Part shown: positions 1-15,795 of the stretch, piece by piece
Layout: every line of letters begins with the position of its first letter
Numbering within the stretch: position 1 is the stretch's first letter
Source: Octopus sinensis
Lineage: Eukaryota
Direction of reading: 5' to 3'
Assembly: GCF_006345805.1 (NCBI RefSeq)
Contig: NC_043016.1
Coordinates: 5,828,001-5,892,000, forward strand
Length of the DNA stretch: 64,000 bases
Translations under genes and position numbers: made by a program
The notes under the pieces: generated by a model
Database searches by the model: none
The model's input: the letters and a program-made list of their open reading frames with translations, nothing else
Told to the model about the DNA's origin: nothing

Positions 1-42
1 AATGATTCCCCTCTCCCAATATATATGTCTTGCAAACAAGAC

Positions 43-77
<35 letters not shown>

Positions 78-2239
78 GGAGATCAAATTTAACGTGACCA
101 CTCATCATTCATCGTTGAAGTGTGAATGAAGGGTTTCCGGTAAATAAACATATTGGCATGCTTTTCGATTTCCCTTATTTAAAGCCACAGCTTATACACC
201 GGAAATTGTGAAGGTACGTTGATGTAGAGGGTTCGATTCCCTGGACCGGCTGAATGGATTGTGTCGTAGAGCAAGGCACTTCGTTTTTATATCGCTCGAG
301 TTAACTCAACTGTGAAAGAGTAACCAGCCAAGTGTTGGTGCAGCCCTCTCTCATTCACCCCCACCTCTTTTAGCTGTCACATCGACGATGTTCCGCTGAA
401 TCAAAAATGCTGGGGTCAAGAGGGTGTATACTTCTGACTATGTAGGATCCTAAAACAACCAGAAAAAGCGCAGTACAAGCTCCCAAACCACACACGTTCG
501 CGGGTGACGTCTGTCTGTCAGTCTCTCCCCAATTCACAAATTCACGATGGTTCATTGGGTCCAGAGTACGAGGGCCAAGAGGAATACATATTTCTGGTTG
601 TGTCAATAAAGAGGCACCGAAAACAACCTTTCACACCCTAGTCCACCACTTACTCAGAATGTTAAAAGCCGAAAAAAATGCCGCTAAGCATTTTGTCCGA
701 TACTAGCTTGCTGCCTAAATAATAATTCTCTCTACTGAGGGTTTAAGGTCTGAAATTCTAGAGGCTGGGTTAGCCGATTACATCGACTCCAGTGTTGTTG
801 GGATCGACTTGCTAACAATTCGCCCAGCTCGATGCCTTACCCTAGTAGCGGACAACAGTGAAAGGAGCACAAAAACTGAAGACTGTATGTGGTAAATCTC
901 ATTCTTCCTTTCGTAAATGCCAACGATACATTATAAATGCTACATCGTTGGCCATTTTAGTACATAAAACGAAAGATGGCGTATAAGAATTTCCTAGATG
1001 CTATCTAAACCTTCCCTAAATACTCTAACGATATACATGCAATCCAATAGCTATAACCGAAACTGTAACGTTAGCTTATGAAACCTGTTGCTTACATAAC
1101 CCCAAAAAAAGGAGCCCTTAAGGCAGCTGTTTCCAACAAGGAATTTCTGCATTTGCTGGAAGTGAGACATGATTTGTCAGGTGTTACGAAAAAGAAAGAA
1201 GTAACCATCATCATCTATTTTTAACGTTCACTTTTCCATGGGTTGGATGTAGTTTATTGAAGCATACTTTCTGCGGCCGGGTGTCCTTCCTGTCGCCAGC
1301 CTTCACATATTTCCAAGTAAAGTGATATTTTCCAATAACAAGACATACTAGAATCCTCATCTTCATCACCATCATCCTAATACCCACTCAAGTTGAGTTT
1401 ATTGAAGGCTTTTCTACAGCTAAAGGCCTTTCCTGTCGCAACCTTCAAACTGTTTCCAAGCAAGGTAATAATTCCCCATGGTCAGGCATGTTCTGGCGGA
1501 ATACTGGGAATCAGTGACACAGTTTGTAAGACAGTGACACACATCTACACCTATCACACGATTTCAAGACAAGGAATCACAAACGCACGTTCAAACACAC
1601 AAATAAATACAAATATACATATATTCGCCATGTTGACCACTGAACTCAACACGTTTTTATTTATTCTCTCTATTTTCTCGTTCCTTTTGGTCGAAGAACA
1701 TAGGCTCGAAACGTAAAAGACTTTTCCATTTTTCCCGAGCGTCGAACTTGCTTGTTGTTCCTACGCTTGTCTTCGTCTTTGTTTTTCTATAAATTTAACT
1801 AAACACACACACACACACACACACACACTGGAGTTGCTTTCAGTTTCTCAATCGAATCCACTCAAAAGGCATTGATCGATCCGAAGCTATAGTAAGAGAC
1901 ACTTGCTCAAGGTACCATGTGGGACTGAACGGAAAATTGTGTGGTGGGAAGCAGACTTCTTAATCACACGGGAACACCTGTGCCAATTATTTTTCTTTTA
2001 TTAATCAGTAATAAATAATTACTTTATTAAAATCTATTTTTAGAATGAAATTAATTAACTAACTCTTAAAATAAATAACTTTATGCTATTAAACACACCA
2101 AGAATTTTATTATTGTTTTTTATTATTATTTAGAATTAACTTGTAAGAGATTATGAACCAACATGTGTCCCCATTCTATTTTGAACGCCATATAAGATTT
2201 TCTACGGACGCATGGAACTTTGACGCAACCATTCACTGT

Positions 2240-2615
2240 ACCGACGAAGATAAGACAAAGTTATCTGCTATCTCACTTTTCCTAAAAGCAATAGATTGTG
2301 TGATGAAAGAAAACACGAAAATACAACCCAGAGGAAAACAACGGTTCCTAGAAGATATCGGCTTCTGCCCTTCTCTCCTAGTGCCATATTGACATGGAGG
2401 AGACGGTAACAGCAACGAAGGCAACATCCAAGAAAGTTGGTCTCAAGATCAATACCAGGAAGACAAAAAGCGTGTGAGTGCACGTGGCCATCGATGTCAG
2501 TTTCACAGTCAGAGGAGAAGAAATTGAAGACCTCGATCATTTCACATACCTGGGAAATGTTATCAATAAGGAGGGTGAAATATATCAGGGCAGAAAAACA
2601 AGGATTGGCAATATC
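2240..2615 (+). mobile_element. Degraded RTE-like RT fragment
   Basis: LFLKAIDCVMKE...LEDI and KVGLKINTRKTK...EEIEDLDHFTYLGNVI in shifting frames. Confidence 0.6.
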
Positions 2616-2870
2616 CTGTTTATACACTGATATCATTTGGAGACCCAGTTTTGTATCTTCAAATGAGCTCTTTCATTTTACAATGCTATGATCATTTTTA
2701 TTAGGGATTTCTCATGTAGAGAAATTTGGAATAACAATAGAAAAAGTTAAGACACATCTGTATATTTCGTTTTAGCCTTTGATTCCAAGTTAATATACAA
2801 AAATTGTAAATATACATTTAATAACAATGACATCAACAGTAACAAAAAAAAAATAAAAATATGAATATGT

Positions 2871-3284
2871 GGATCTTTTCGGTTTGAACGGCAGATTTTT
2901 CTAGCGGTCTCATATGAAATTGTCACCCATAATTATGACCCTAGTATCGATCTATTGCATTTCAATCTGTTTTAGGGTTAGGGGTAGGGGGAAGGGTATC
3001 TTTTTTTCTTCACAAATGTAAATAAACCCAATCTGTTTCTTAAACGAGGGACATATTCATACGACACAGAATGTTTTTTTTTACCTCAATGGACGTCATT
3101 GATTGGTTGAAATTGCAGAAATTGAAGAAAAAAACAACAAATATCTTAAAAACTATAGAATTTTCTCAATAAAGCCAAGAGAAAAAGATGTTTTATAAAC
3201 ACATTCTACCAGTATACGAAATTTAAAAGTGTTTAGTTACGTGGAAATTATTTTTAAAAACTGCCGTTCAAACCGAAAAGATCC
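2871..3284 (+). mobile_element. MITE, GGATC-ended family (Merlin-like), copy 1
   Basis: TIR ggatcttttcggtttgaacggcag / ctgccgttcaaaccgaaaagatcc; flanks gaatatgt / gaatatat (7/8). Confidence 0.9.
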
Positions 3285-3899
3285 GAATATATAAAATAGA
3301 ATGAAAAATTATCAATTTATCATATATGCATATAATTTATAAAGATTAAAAAATTAAAAATATATTGTCAAAATTTGCAGATATTTCCATACATGCAATG
3401 AAGACGTCCAGTGCACCTACAACAAATCTCTCCCTCTCTCTCTTTCACACACACACATACATCTGTACACTTTGTTTTACTCTTTGTTTCCATGCAAATA
3501 ATTTTTTTCTTTTTTCAAAGAATATTAAGACGATTATGAATAACCAGTGGTTTATTATAATTTCCATACATGTAAGTAATGGCAACGACTGCTCCCAAAG
3601 AAAAGACATAACTGTGTATATCGTTTCAATCTTTCCCAAGTATTCATTTAAAGGGGGGGACGTTTAATATTGCGTTAAACCGCTTGTTGGCCACAATTAT
3701 GACAATAACAATACAAAAATTTCGAAATATACATCAACCATGCATGTAAATTATGAAGAAAAGAAAAAAATTAAAAGGCATTGTCTAAATTTGTGCTCAT
3801 TTCTATACATGCAACAAAAGCGACCTTATATATATGTAATATATATATTTATATAATAAGGGGGAAAGTAAAAAGAAACAAAGAAAATGCACATTAGGT

Positions 3900-6035
3900 A
3901 TACCAATTTTCCATTTAATGCCCTACAAAAATAAACGAATTAAATCCAACCTCAACACAAATGAACGGAAAAACTTAATGTAGTTAAAAAATGATATAAA
4001 CCTGAACCTTAAAGAAGCCGATAAAGGAAGTGCGGTAGTAGTGATGGACAATACTTTCCATGCTAGAAAACAATACTTACTATGCGAAGATAGAGTACTA
4101 TATAACCCACAGAAGACACTTAAAAACTTATCCTCATTAATTCAAATACTTGGAAAGAGCCTCACTAAAAGAGAAATTGATTATTTATCCAATTTTCAAT
4201 ACAAACCAAGTCTCTTTTACGGCTTACCCAAAATACACAAAAATACACATAGTAAAGCATGCATGGATTTATCAAGCCTATGTATTAATATCCTGCCGCC
4301 CCCCCCCTTACTGACCTTAAACTGAGACCAGCTTGTGAAACAGCTTGAGCAATTTCCTCGACATCTTACTTAAACCATTTTTAAAATATGTTAAAAGCTT
4401 CATCAGGGATAATTTAGACATACTTAACCCCCTCCCGAAAACAATAAATGAAGGAACCCTATTGGTATCATTCGATACGGTAAACTTGTACAGCAGTATC
4501 CCACAAGATTATGGTATAAAAGCAATCACCTTCTGGTGAAAAAAATACCCAGAAGAGATCCCAGGACGCATCAACCACCACTTCACAATCACAGCACTGA
4601 AATTTATCCTTCAGAATAACTACTTCGTGTTCGATATAGTTTACTATCGATAGAAATGTGGAATTGCAATGAGAACTCGAGCTGCCTCAGTTAGTGAGAA
4701 CCTTGTAATGGGTTATCTAGATCGTAAAATATACCAATTATCACAACAAAAATATGGTACATTTCATTGCTATTTAAAGAACTGGAAGAGGTACTTAGAT
4801 GATTGCTTTATACTTTGGAATGATGATGGCATGGACAAACTCCTCGATTTCAAAATAAAGCTCAACAATATCAATAGCAATATACAATTCACCATGGAAC
4901 ACAACAATAAACAACTTCCTTTTCTTGACATCCTAATTAAAATAGTCAATAACCACATCGAAACGGACATCTTTTAAAAACTTAAAGATTCAAAACAATA
5001 CCTGTTATTCAACTCATTCCACACGAAACGCACAAAAATTAATATACCTCATAATCTAGCGAAAAGAATTTGTACCACAGTTTCGGATACCAATACCCGT
5101 GAACTAAACACTCCGTGAACTTAAATTAACACTAATCAGGAGACATTACCCAACAGGGATTAAAGGAATTAGACATAAAAATATTAAGGGAAGTAAATAC
5201 TACACCAAATTTAAAAGTACTCCCTTACATCTCCACAAACAACCCCAAGAAACAATGAGGCGTTCAATATCATCATTCAAAATCTACCCATTCTCATTGG
5301 AGATTAAACAATGAACGAAATTTTGGGCTCAAACAAAATTATCAAAGCAAAATACAACCGAAATCATGGAAAAAATATTAACCGATGCAAGATTATATCC
5401 CTTAACAACGGAACCAAAAGTGGAAAAATGCGGGAGGCCCAACTATGGAACATTTTGAAGGGTACAGAATTTCATTTCAAACCAAGTGAAATATTTAAGA
5501 TAAAGTCAAATTTCACTTGTGCCTCTGAAAACCTAGTCTTTGTTATTACCTGGTTAAGTTACAGAAACCACTATATATGCCAAACACGAATATCCCTCAG
5601 ACGAAGAACAACGATTCACAAAGAACAAATCTGATTCCCACAATATAGACAGATACAGGTCAGTGAGCACATAGATAGATGTGCTAGGAACCTTAAACCA
5701 AACTTCCTAATTTTCTTTTATTATCAATGCTCCCAGAACACCGTAGCCCATCAAAGTCTAAATAAAGAGGCAACTTTCATTACTAGGTATCAACCACAAC
5801 TTAATACATGACACTACTAACTTTACTGATGCCAATAATCTCACTAATCCTCATACATCCCATATACCATTCATATTCTATTAATCATATTAACCTAATT
5901 GCATCACTTTCAGAACTGCTTACATCCCTTACATGCAGTCTTTTCACTCAGGTACTATTAAACCCAACACCGTTTGGAAATCGGTGTTGAATCAAAGTCA
6001 GTGAACAGTAATGACGAAACCGGTGTGACTTTCTA
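3900..6035 (+). mobile_element. Penelope-like element (RT plus GIY-YIG), degraded
   Basis: KEADKGSAVVVMD, FYGLPKIHK, LVSFDTVNLYSSIP, WKRYLDDCF, IQFTME...LPFLDILI, and the GIY-YIG-like NLVFVIT...YICQTRISLRRR..IHKEQI. Confidence 0.88.
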
Positions 6036-6224
6036 TATTGACTCATGCTAATGATTTCTATACTTCTTAATTCCACCTCAAATCATTTATTTGTATGTAT
6101 ATATCTTTGTTTTTATATTTATTAAAGCCATTACTTTTATACCTAGTGCGCATTTTTTTTTGTTTCTTTTTACTTTTCCTCTATTTATGCCACGTGTAGA
6201 TTCTTTTTATTCACACCTGTTTCT

Positions 6225-6237
6225 ATTATATATATAC

Positions 6238-6290
<53 letters not shown>

Positions 6291-6525
6291 CACCACACAC
6301 ACACATATATATATATACACACACACACATACGTACATCAATATATAATACTTGTGTGTGTGTAATTATATACACACACATATATACGTATATACCACAC
6401 ACACATTATACATATACACGCATCCACACACACACACATACACACACACACACACACACACCACACACATACATACATACATACATACATACATACATAC
6501 ATACATACATACATACATACATACA
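6225..6525. repeat. (TA)n/(CA)n/(CATA)n microsatellite
   Basis: Direct reading. Confidence 0.95.
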
Positions 6526-7439
6526 TGTAATGTATTCATTTTTACCGAAAATGGTATAGAAAAAGTGTTAGCAAAAGAAAAAAGAGGTTAGTTTAAAAAA
6601 TTTGAGACGCACAACATTAAACAATATTGAAAAAAAAGAAAGATTTGCTTTACCTCAAAACTCAAAAGTGACTTCATTCACACTATATGAAAATTGCCTT
6701 ACCTGCAACATAGAAAATACAAAAAGAAAATTTTAGTACAAATAAGGGACTAAAAACAAAACAAAACACAGCAAAAGGGTGTGAAACAGTAAGGCAATCA
6801 ATTATGTAAAAGGCATATACCTCTTACGGACTTCATCATAACAAATTTTTAATTTTTACCATAACGGTAGCGAGTAGTGCATTGCTGAGAAATACCGTGT
6901 ATACTTAAAATGCAGATATCATAACTATATATTTGCATAGTGCATATACACATAATACGCACATACGTCATTATACTTATACATATATTACGAATATTTT
7001 ACTTCTTTGAATCGTTAGACTACGACCATGCTGGTGCACTGCCTTGAAAAATTTCTAGTCGAATGAATGAACTCCAGTACTTTTTTTTTCTTGTAAAGCC
7101 TGGTATTTATTCTATTGTGATCTTTGCCGATCTGCTAAGTTACTAGTTGTCAAGCGATAGTGGGGGTCAAACACAGACACAAAGACACACACACACACAA
7201 CTGTAGAACAAAACAGTAGATTTGGCTATACTCGTGTTGTATCCTGCTCTCAGAGATAATATAAGGCATAAATAATGTGCTTTATACATTTATTTGTGTA
7301 TTGTGGACTTGGAGATGTTTCTGCTATGCATTTCATGTGCGTTCATGGTTCTGTTTACTCAATCGCCTCACGAGAATGTGTCATAATTACCAAATGCCAA
7401 GAGAAATGTGCATTTATACAAGCAGACACAGTGGGTGGA

Positions 7440-8330
<891 letters not shown>

Positions 8331-8765
8331 ATCAAGCGTGATATCAGTGAAGAGAAATATATCTAAGCGATATTTACCCCTAATTTGGGAGGCAGCAGGC
8401 ATAAAAGACAAAGGACCATCATAATAAGCAATCAACAGTGGGAACCCCCGAACGTCAGTCATATAATAGAATATTCACGCAGTAGGATTTTTGACTGACA
8501 TGTCACGAAAATGTAGAGATGGGGAGGAAAAAAAAAACAGGGATGGATTCAGAAGGAGGAGGAGGAGGAGGAGGAGTATGTATGTATGAGTGTGTGTGTG
8601 CAGATAAACACATGTAGATAGACATAGAGATAGATAGACGGATAGTGACAGACATGCAGATACACAGGCAGACCGACTCAGACAGAGAAACAGATAAATA
8701 GATAGAGAGAGAGAGATAGAATGATAGAGAGAGAGAGAGAGAGAGAGAGAAAGGGAGAGAAAGGG

Positions 8766-8820
<55 letters not shown>

Positions 8821-9607
8821 TAAAGTGACAATTGACAGCTAGTCATGCGCCTCTCTTGAGAATACGCAATTTAATGAAGCGTGCAAGTTTGAAAGACAAG
8901 AGTCTATCTAGGGGTATAGTCACCAATATAACAGTGCGACTCTTGGGAGAATATTAGTTTATTCACTCACCAACAATGTTGACAAGCGTTCTTCTTTTAC
9001 CCACCTGAGCCCTCCAATTCCAAAACTTTGTCATTTTCTTTGTTGGTTTTTGTCGCGAAGTATTTCTTGTGACACCGTACACTGAACGGGTTATTAAGTA
9101 TAACTGAGAGGAAACTAACTAAATGCAGATGATTTTTAAATAACAAAATCCCGTAAAATGTTTGCAAAGGAGTGTCATCGTTTAACGTCCATTTTCCACG
9201 CCAGCATGGGTTAGACGGCTGAACTGGATTCGGCGATGAGCGCAGGACTACGTACTCCGATGTCAAATTTAAAATGTGCATTGGCTCCTTTTTTTCTTTT
9301 CATGATACTCACACTAATAATATTGCACAAACACATACACACACGCACGCACTGGACTGAAAGACAAACTGGACTGCACAGAACAGGAGGGGGGGGGGGC
9401 GTGGAATAATTTGTCGCTGAAGAGATCACAGGATGTGTGACGAAAGATTTTAGACAAACGACACTAGAATAATAAAATTGAAGAACGAGTATATATATAT
9501 AGTGGGTGTGGTGTTTGTTTAGCAAGGGGAAAAATGGCCATCCTGAAATAAATATATATATATATATATTTCAGAGTGGCCAAAGAAATATACACACAGA
9601 CACACAG

Positions 9608-9661
<54 letters not shown>

Positions 9662-10022
9662 CTTTACTGCCCACAAGGAGCTAAACATAGAGGGGACAAA
9701 CAAGGACAGACAAATGGATTAAGTCGATAACATCGACCCCAGTGCGTAACTGGTACTTTATTTATCGACCCCGAAAGGATGAAAGGCAAGGTTGAACCTC
9801 GGCGGAATTTGAACTCATACACACAAACATATGTATTGACGTAGGCATGGCCGTTTAGCAATGAGATTTCGGGTTCAGTCCCAATGCCTGGCACTTTGGG
9901 CAAGAGTCTTCTATCGCAACCCCGTGTCGACTACCTTGTGCGTAAAGACTTGGACAGAATGTGGAAGACCTATTGTGTACGTATGTGTGTACATTTGCGC
10001 GCGCGTGCGTGCGTGCGTGCGC

Positions 10023-10061
<39 letters not shown>

Positions 10062-10330
10062 GGCGTGCGTGCGTGCGTGCGTGCGTGTGTGTGTATTTCT
10101 ACCTGAGCAACAACTGCTGCTGGTTTTCTTTACATTCCCGTAAGTTAACAGTTCGCAAAAGACAACGATAGAATAAGTACCAGACTTAAAGTAAACGGTT
10201 TGAAGACGATCCAACTGGCCAAATCCCTTCCAAGTGGTGCTGCGTCGTCTTCGCAATCCACTGACTGAAGTAAAAGTAAAAGGCGGAAGATACGAAACGT
10301 TTCTGCTAACACTAATTTTCCTCAATCGTC

Positions 10331-10397
<67 letters not shown>

Positions 10398-10792
10398 ACG
10401 TCATGCCAGGAGGTGGCAATCATCAAGCCTCCATGTCAAAGTTGAAAAGTTCATGATTTTTAGGAAGGAAGATAGGGCAGTGGTTATTTTTTGTAAAGTC
10501 ATGTCTTTTTCTATCAGTTTCTTTTGCCGAACCGTTAAGTTAAGGAGAAAAATACCGCTTGACAAGCGGTGGCGGTGAAGAAATACAAATGAGCACACGC
10601 ACACACACATACATACATACATACATACATACATACATACATACATACACACACACGATGGGCTTCCACACAGTTTCTGCCAGCAATATTCACCCAAAGA
10701 GCATTTGTAGGCCTTTGGCTATAGTAAAAGGCTCTTGCCCAAAGTATTGCGCTGTAAGAGTGAACCCGAACCACATGATTTAAAGCGTATGA

Positions 10793-10852
<60 letters not shown>

Positions 10853-11424
10853 TATATAAATTTGACATGGGCGATTCTTTCTTGTCTTGGGATTCACGGT
10901 CAAACGGCTGGGTGGAAATGCGCGAAAATTTACACACATGTGTAGAATGATCCGATGGTGATGCTGGGCTTTGTACTTTTTTTCATAGTTCCCATGGTTA
11001 CAGAGATAATCTACTATAATAATACTCTTGCGCTTATGAGTGAAAAAGGAAGGAGTGATAGATGAATAAGGAAAGAAGGGGTGATGTCATACTTGGTAGT
11101 GTACGCTGTATGAATATATGTGTGTGCATGTAAAAAGCGGGAGGGTATGTGAATGTGTGTGTGCGTGGAAGCGGAATGGAAGTGGGAGAGTTCATCTTTG
11201 TTCCTTTACTATTTGGTTTTATTTTTTGATTTGGTTCAATCTTGTTTTTCTTTTCTTTTTGGTCAGTTATTTTTAGCTTTTTGACAGAAAAAAGTAATTC
11301 TAAAATTGTTTTTCAACGTAAGCGTGCCCAAACAAGTCGAATGCTTACACAGACTAGGTTTTGCAGCCATATCATCTAAAACATCCGGGTGCAACCGGGA
11401 TTAGCTTCTAGTATATATATATAT

Positions 11425-11810
11425 AAACTTAGATATGTTTTGACCAAAGATTGGTCCAGGCCATGTCTAACTTAATAGCACCACCTGATATGATTATCTA
11501 AAGTTTTGTTTGTGGTCTATTCAAGTAGTGAGTTTTTGTTGGGTGAGTTGTATCCAATTATGGGTGGCTTATCTGGTATTCCTTGAAGGAATCTATCCAG
11601 ACTCCGTTTAAAGTTGATGGGATCCTTTTCCTCTTTGATCTCTTTCAGGACAATGTTAAATAGGGCAGGGCCTGTTGAGGAAAAGAAATTATGCTGCAGT
11701 GTACATGTATGCTGTGATCTTGAATTGGGCAGGGGACTATGGCCCGTGGTCCAGTCATGGATCCCAATGCGTTCGCATTGTTTTAGACTTCGAATGACGC
11801 CACCCCGCTG
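11425..11810 (-). mobile_element. CR1/L2-group LINE 3' end fragment
   Basis: NFFSSTGPALFNIV.KEIK....FKRSLDRFLQGIPDKP...NSLLE-stop, then a 3' UTR with aggtggtgc...catggcc. Confidence 0.7.
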
Positions 11811-11833
11811 GCTAAGCGAGCAGGCCATATATA

Positions 11834-11889
<56 letters not shown>

Positions 11890-11984
11890 GCATGCATATA
11901 TATATATACACACATGAATAGACATACACGCATGTAGAAATATATATACACATCCATAATATATATATATATACATACACACAC

Positions 11985-13345
11985 ATACATCATCATCAAG
12001 GCTTAACGTCCGCTTTCCATACTGGCATGGGCTGGATGGTTTGAATGAGGGTGGCGAACCAGATATCTGCACCAGGCTCCAATCTAATCTGGCAGAGTTT
12101 CTACAGCTGAATACCCTTCCTAAAGCCAACCACTCCGAGAGTGTAGTGGGTGATTTTACGTGCCACCGGCACCGGAACCAGTCAGCGGTCCTGGCAACGA
12201 TCACGCTCGGGTGGTGCTCTTAGCGTTCCAGTGGCACGGATGCTAGTCATGTGGTGCTGTCATCGAATTTGATTTCGATTTCACTTCTCTGAACAGGTCA
12301 TCGCAAGCAGAGTTTAGTGTCCAATGAAGGAAAGATACGCATAAGTGAGCTGGTTACACCCCTGGCATATGCCACGGGTTATGGTCTCATTTGGCTTGCC
12401 GGGTCTTCTGAAGCACAACATATTTCCAAAGGTCTCGGTCACTAGTCATTGCCTTAGTGAGGCCTAATGTTCGAAGGTCATGCTTCACCACCTCATCCCA
12501 GGTCTTCTTGGGTCTACCTCTTCCACAGGTTCCCTCAACCGCTAGGGTGACACACTCTTTCACACGGCTATCCTCATCCATTCTCACCATATGACCATAC
12601 CAGCGCAGTTGTCTCTCTTGCACACCACATCTGATACTTCTTAGGTCCAACTTTTCTCTCAAGTTACACTCTGTCGAGTATGCACACTGACATTACACAT
12701 CCACCGGAGCATACTGGCTTCATTCCTTGTGAGCTTACGCATGTCCTCAGCAGTCACAGCCCGTGTTTCACTGCCAGGTAGCATGGCTGTTCGTACACAT
12801 GCGTCATACAGTCTACGTTTTACTCTGAGCGAGAAGCCCTTTGTCACCAGCAGAGGTAAGAGCTCTCTGAACTTTGCCCAGGCTATTCTTATTCTAGCAG
12901 CTACACTTTCAGAGCACCTACCCCGCTACTGAATTGGTCACCTAGGTAATGGAAGCTATCGACTATTTCTAGAATATCAACTATTTCTGGAATATGACAG
13001 AAGTTGTTCTCTGCATATTTTCAGTGTTTATTGCTCCTGAGCATCTGCCACATACAAAAACTATCTTCCCAGTTAGCCTTCCTTTGATATTGCTTCACCT
13101 CTTATGAGTCCATAGCTTACACTGGGTACATCTTATAGAGTTTCTACTTACACCTTTTCCACAGATCTTTTCTACCTAAACCTTTTCTATAGATCCCTGA
13201 AGGGATTTGTGATTTGTCTGCCTTCCAACTTAGGATTTTGGTTTTAGCTAGGTTGACTCTAAGGCCCTTGATCCATACCTGAAACTTCTCCTCTAGTTCT
13301 GATAGTGACACACCAATTACAGCAAGGTCATCAGCACAGAGGAGC
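11985..13345 (-). mobile_element. RTE LINE 3' portion (RT C-terminus, 3'UTR, (ATG)n tail)
   Basis: LLCADDL, LRVNLAKTK, RLYDACVRTAML.GSET, QLRWYGHMVRM and GRGRPKKTW; tail ggaaagcggacgttaag..tgatgatg. Cut at its 5' side by Helitron-like DNA. Confidence 0.88.
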
Positions 13346-13351
13346 ATTAAA

Positions 13352-13940
13352 AATGGGAAAAAATGGTGGTAAATCTTTTTTAAAATCGTAGACTCATCGT
13401 AGACGCGCGCTAATACCCAGAAGGGCTTGATATGAATCACGACTATAAGATACCCGCTTTTGGTTACACTGCACCGCAAAATGTGGGAGTAGTTAGGAAT
13501 CTAAATCGTAGGAGACAGACACACAACTTCACTTTTATATATAACTAGCAGTATCGCCCGGCGTTGCTCGGGTTTGTAAGGGAAATAACTATGTAAGCAT
13601 TTTTAGAGAGTTATAGCCAAATAATAGTTAAAAAATGCATTAAAAATGGGGGGAAAATGATGGTAAATTTTTTTTAAATCGTTGACTCATCGTAGACATT
13701 TTTAGAGAGTTACTTCCCTTATATAATAGCGAAAAAAATGCATTAAAATGGAAAAAATGATGGTAAATTTTTTTTAAATCGTAGACTCATCGTAGACGCG
13801 CGCTAATACCCAGAAGGGCTCGATATGAATCACGACTATAAGATACCCGGTTTTGGTTAAACTGCACCGCAAAATGTGGGAGTAGTTAGGAATCTAAATC
13901 GTAGGAGACAGACACACAACCTCTCTTTTATATATAAAGA
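13352..13940 (-). mobile_element. Non-autonomous Helitron (13545-13940) with a head-to-tail partial second copy (13352-13543)
   Basis: On minus: A|TC 5' end at 13940, hairpin cccgagcaacgccggg, then CTAG|T at 13545. 13360-13540 is nearly identical to 13755-13935. Confidence 0.75.
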
Positions 13941-14998
13941 TGTATATATATATATTCAGTCATAGAAAATGTGCCTTAAACTCCCGCCGACCCATGCTAG
14001 TATGGAAAAATGAACACTAAAATGAAGAAGATGAGATGAAACTGATCCATCAAGTATACGTAATCGAAGTAGAATTAAATTAAACTAGATATATCTCCTG
14101 CTTAATGCATATACACCGTCGATAGGTCAGTTATTGCTGTATTCTTCCTCTAATGGACTTGATGTGTTAAAACTACAACAAACATCAGAGGAAGACGAAA
14201 ATTCTACCTTGCAGCAGCCAGCGTGAGCGCCAAATACACTTCGGTGTTTTTTGCGCTTTTTCAATGGCGCGCAGTCGAAGCCGACCATATGCACGAACGA
14301 CAATTTATCGTCTCTGATATGGGATATAGTAAATAGAACATACACTGATGTTGCAAATAGCTGCCCAATTGAATAAAGAGCAGGTGTACGCAATCGAGTC
14401 AGTATTTAATTAGCAGAGCCATATATGAGAGTGAGTGTACGTATATGCGCGTGCATGATGTGTGTGTGTGCCTGTGTGTGAGTGCACGTAAGTATGCGTA
14501 TGTGTAAGTTCAAGTATCTCCACATGCGCTAGCAATCTTGTACGTGTGCGTGCGTTATTGCGTTTACGTGCGCGCATATGTACGCATAAGTGTACGTGTG
14601 CTCTCGTGTATATGCGTGCATATGTGCGTTAGCGTATGTGCTTGCGTGTGCTACAATGTTTGTAGTTTATATTCATGTGAATATCGTTTGTTGATTGGTG
14701 TTGGTCTGTTCACAGCCCCCTAACTTAGCAATTCAACCACAAAGAAACCGATGGAATCAGCACTGGACCACAGAACTAAGTTTTGACTTCTATCCTGGTT
14801 GAGTGAGGTACCATTTAAGGAAATTATATGCATATAGGCGCAGTAGTGGCTGTGTGGTAAGAAGCTTGTTTCCCAACCACATGGCTCCGAGTTCAGTCCT
14901 ACTGCGTGGCACCTTGGATAAATGTCTCCTACTATAGCCTCGGGTCAACCAGAAGCCTTGTGACTGGATTTGGTAGATGGAAACTGAAAGAAGCCTAT

Positions 14999-15039
<41 letters not shown>

Positions 15040-15390
15040 GTACGTCTTTGTTTGTCCCCCTACCATCGCTTGACAACGAATGTTGTGTAACTTAGCGGTT
15101 CAGGAAAAGAAATCGATAGAATAAGTACTAGGCTTACAAAGAGCAAGTCCTGGAGTTGATTTGTTTGACTAAAGGCGGTGCTCCAACATGGCCGCAGTCA
15201 AAGGACTGAAATAGGTAAAAAGAATAAAAAAAGGAATATAACCATTAACCCCTAAATGCAGCTAGAGAGGGTAAAACGAATCGAACCTCTCCCGGGAGCT
15301 TGGAAGATCTAGATTAAATACGTGAAGACAGTGTCTCAGTGAGAGAAAATAAAAACTAGAAGGTACTGAAGAAGATATGGAACAAATTCC

Positions 15391-15795
15391 GGATCTTTTC
15401 GGTTTGAACGGCAGTTTTTCTAGCGGTCTCATATGAAATTGTCACCCATAATTATGACCCTAGTATCGATCTATTGCATTTCAATCTGTTTTAGGGTTAG
15501 GGGTGGGGGGAAGGGTATTTCATAGAAATGTAAATAAACCCAATCTGTTTCTTAAACGAGGGACATATTCATACGGCACAGAATGTTTTTTTTACCTCAA
15601 TAGACGTCAGTGATTGGTTGAAATTGCAGAAATTGAAGAAAAAAACAACAAATATCTTACAAACTATAGAATTTTCTCAATAAAGCCAAGAGAAAAAGAT
15701 GTTTTATAAACACATTCTCCCAGTATACGAAGTTTAAAAGTGTTTAGTTACGTGGAAAATATTTTTAAAAACTGCCGTTCAAACCGAAAAGATCC
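15391..15795 (+). mobile_element. GGATC MITE copy 2
   Basis: Same TIRs and body as 2871-3284; TSD imperfect. Confidence 0.9.

Noticed and set aside
370-606. 78-aa minus-strand ORF
   Set aside because: Short, TTG start, no recognisable motif or splice signals.
1685-1720. Hammerhead-like TCGAAGA...GGCTCGAAACGTA in a Penelope-derived stub
   Set aside because: The CUGA core and stem II are broken; too degenerate to call.
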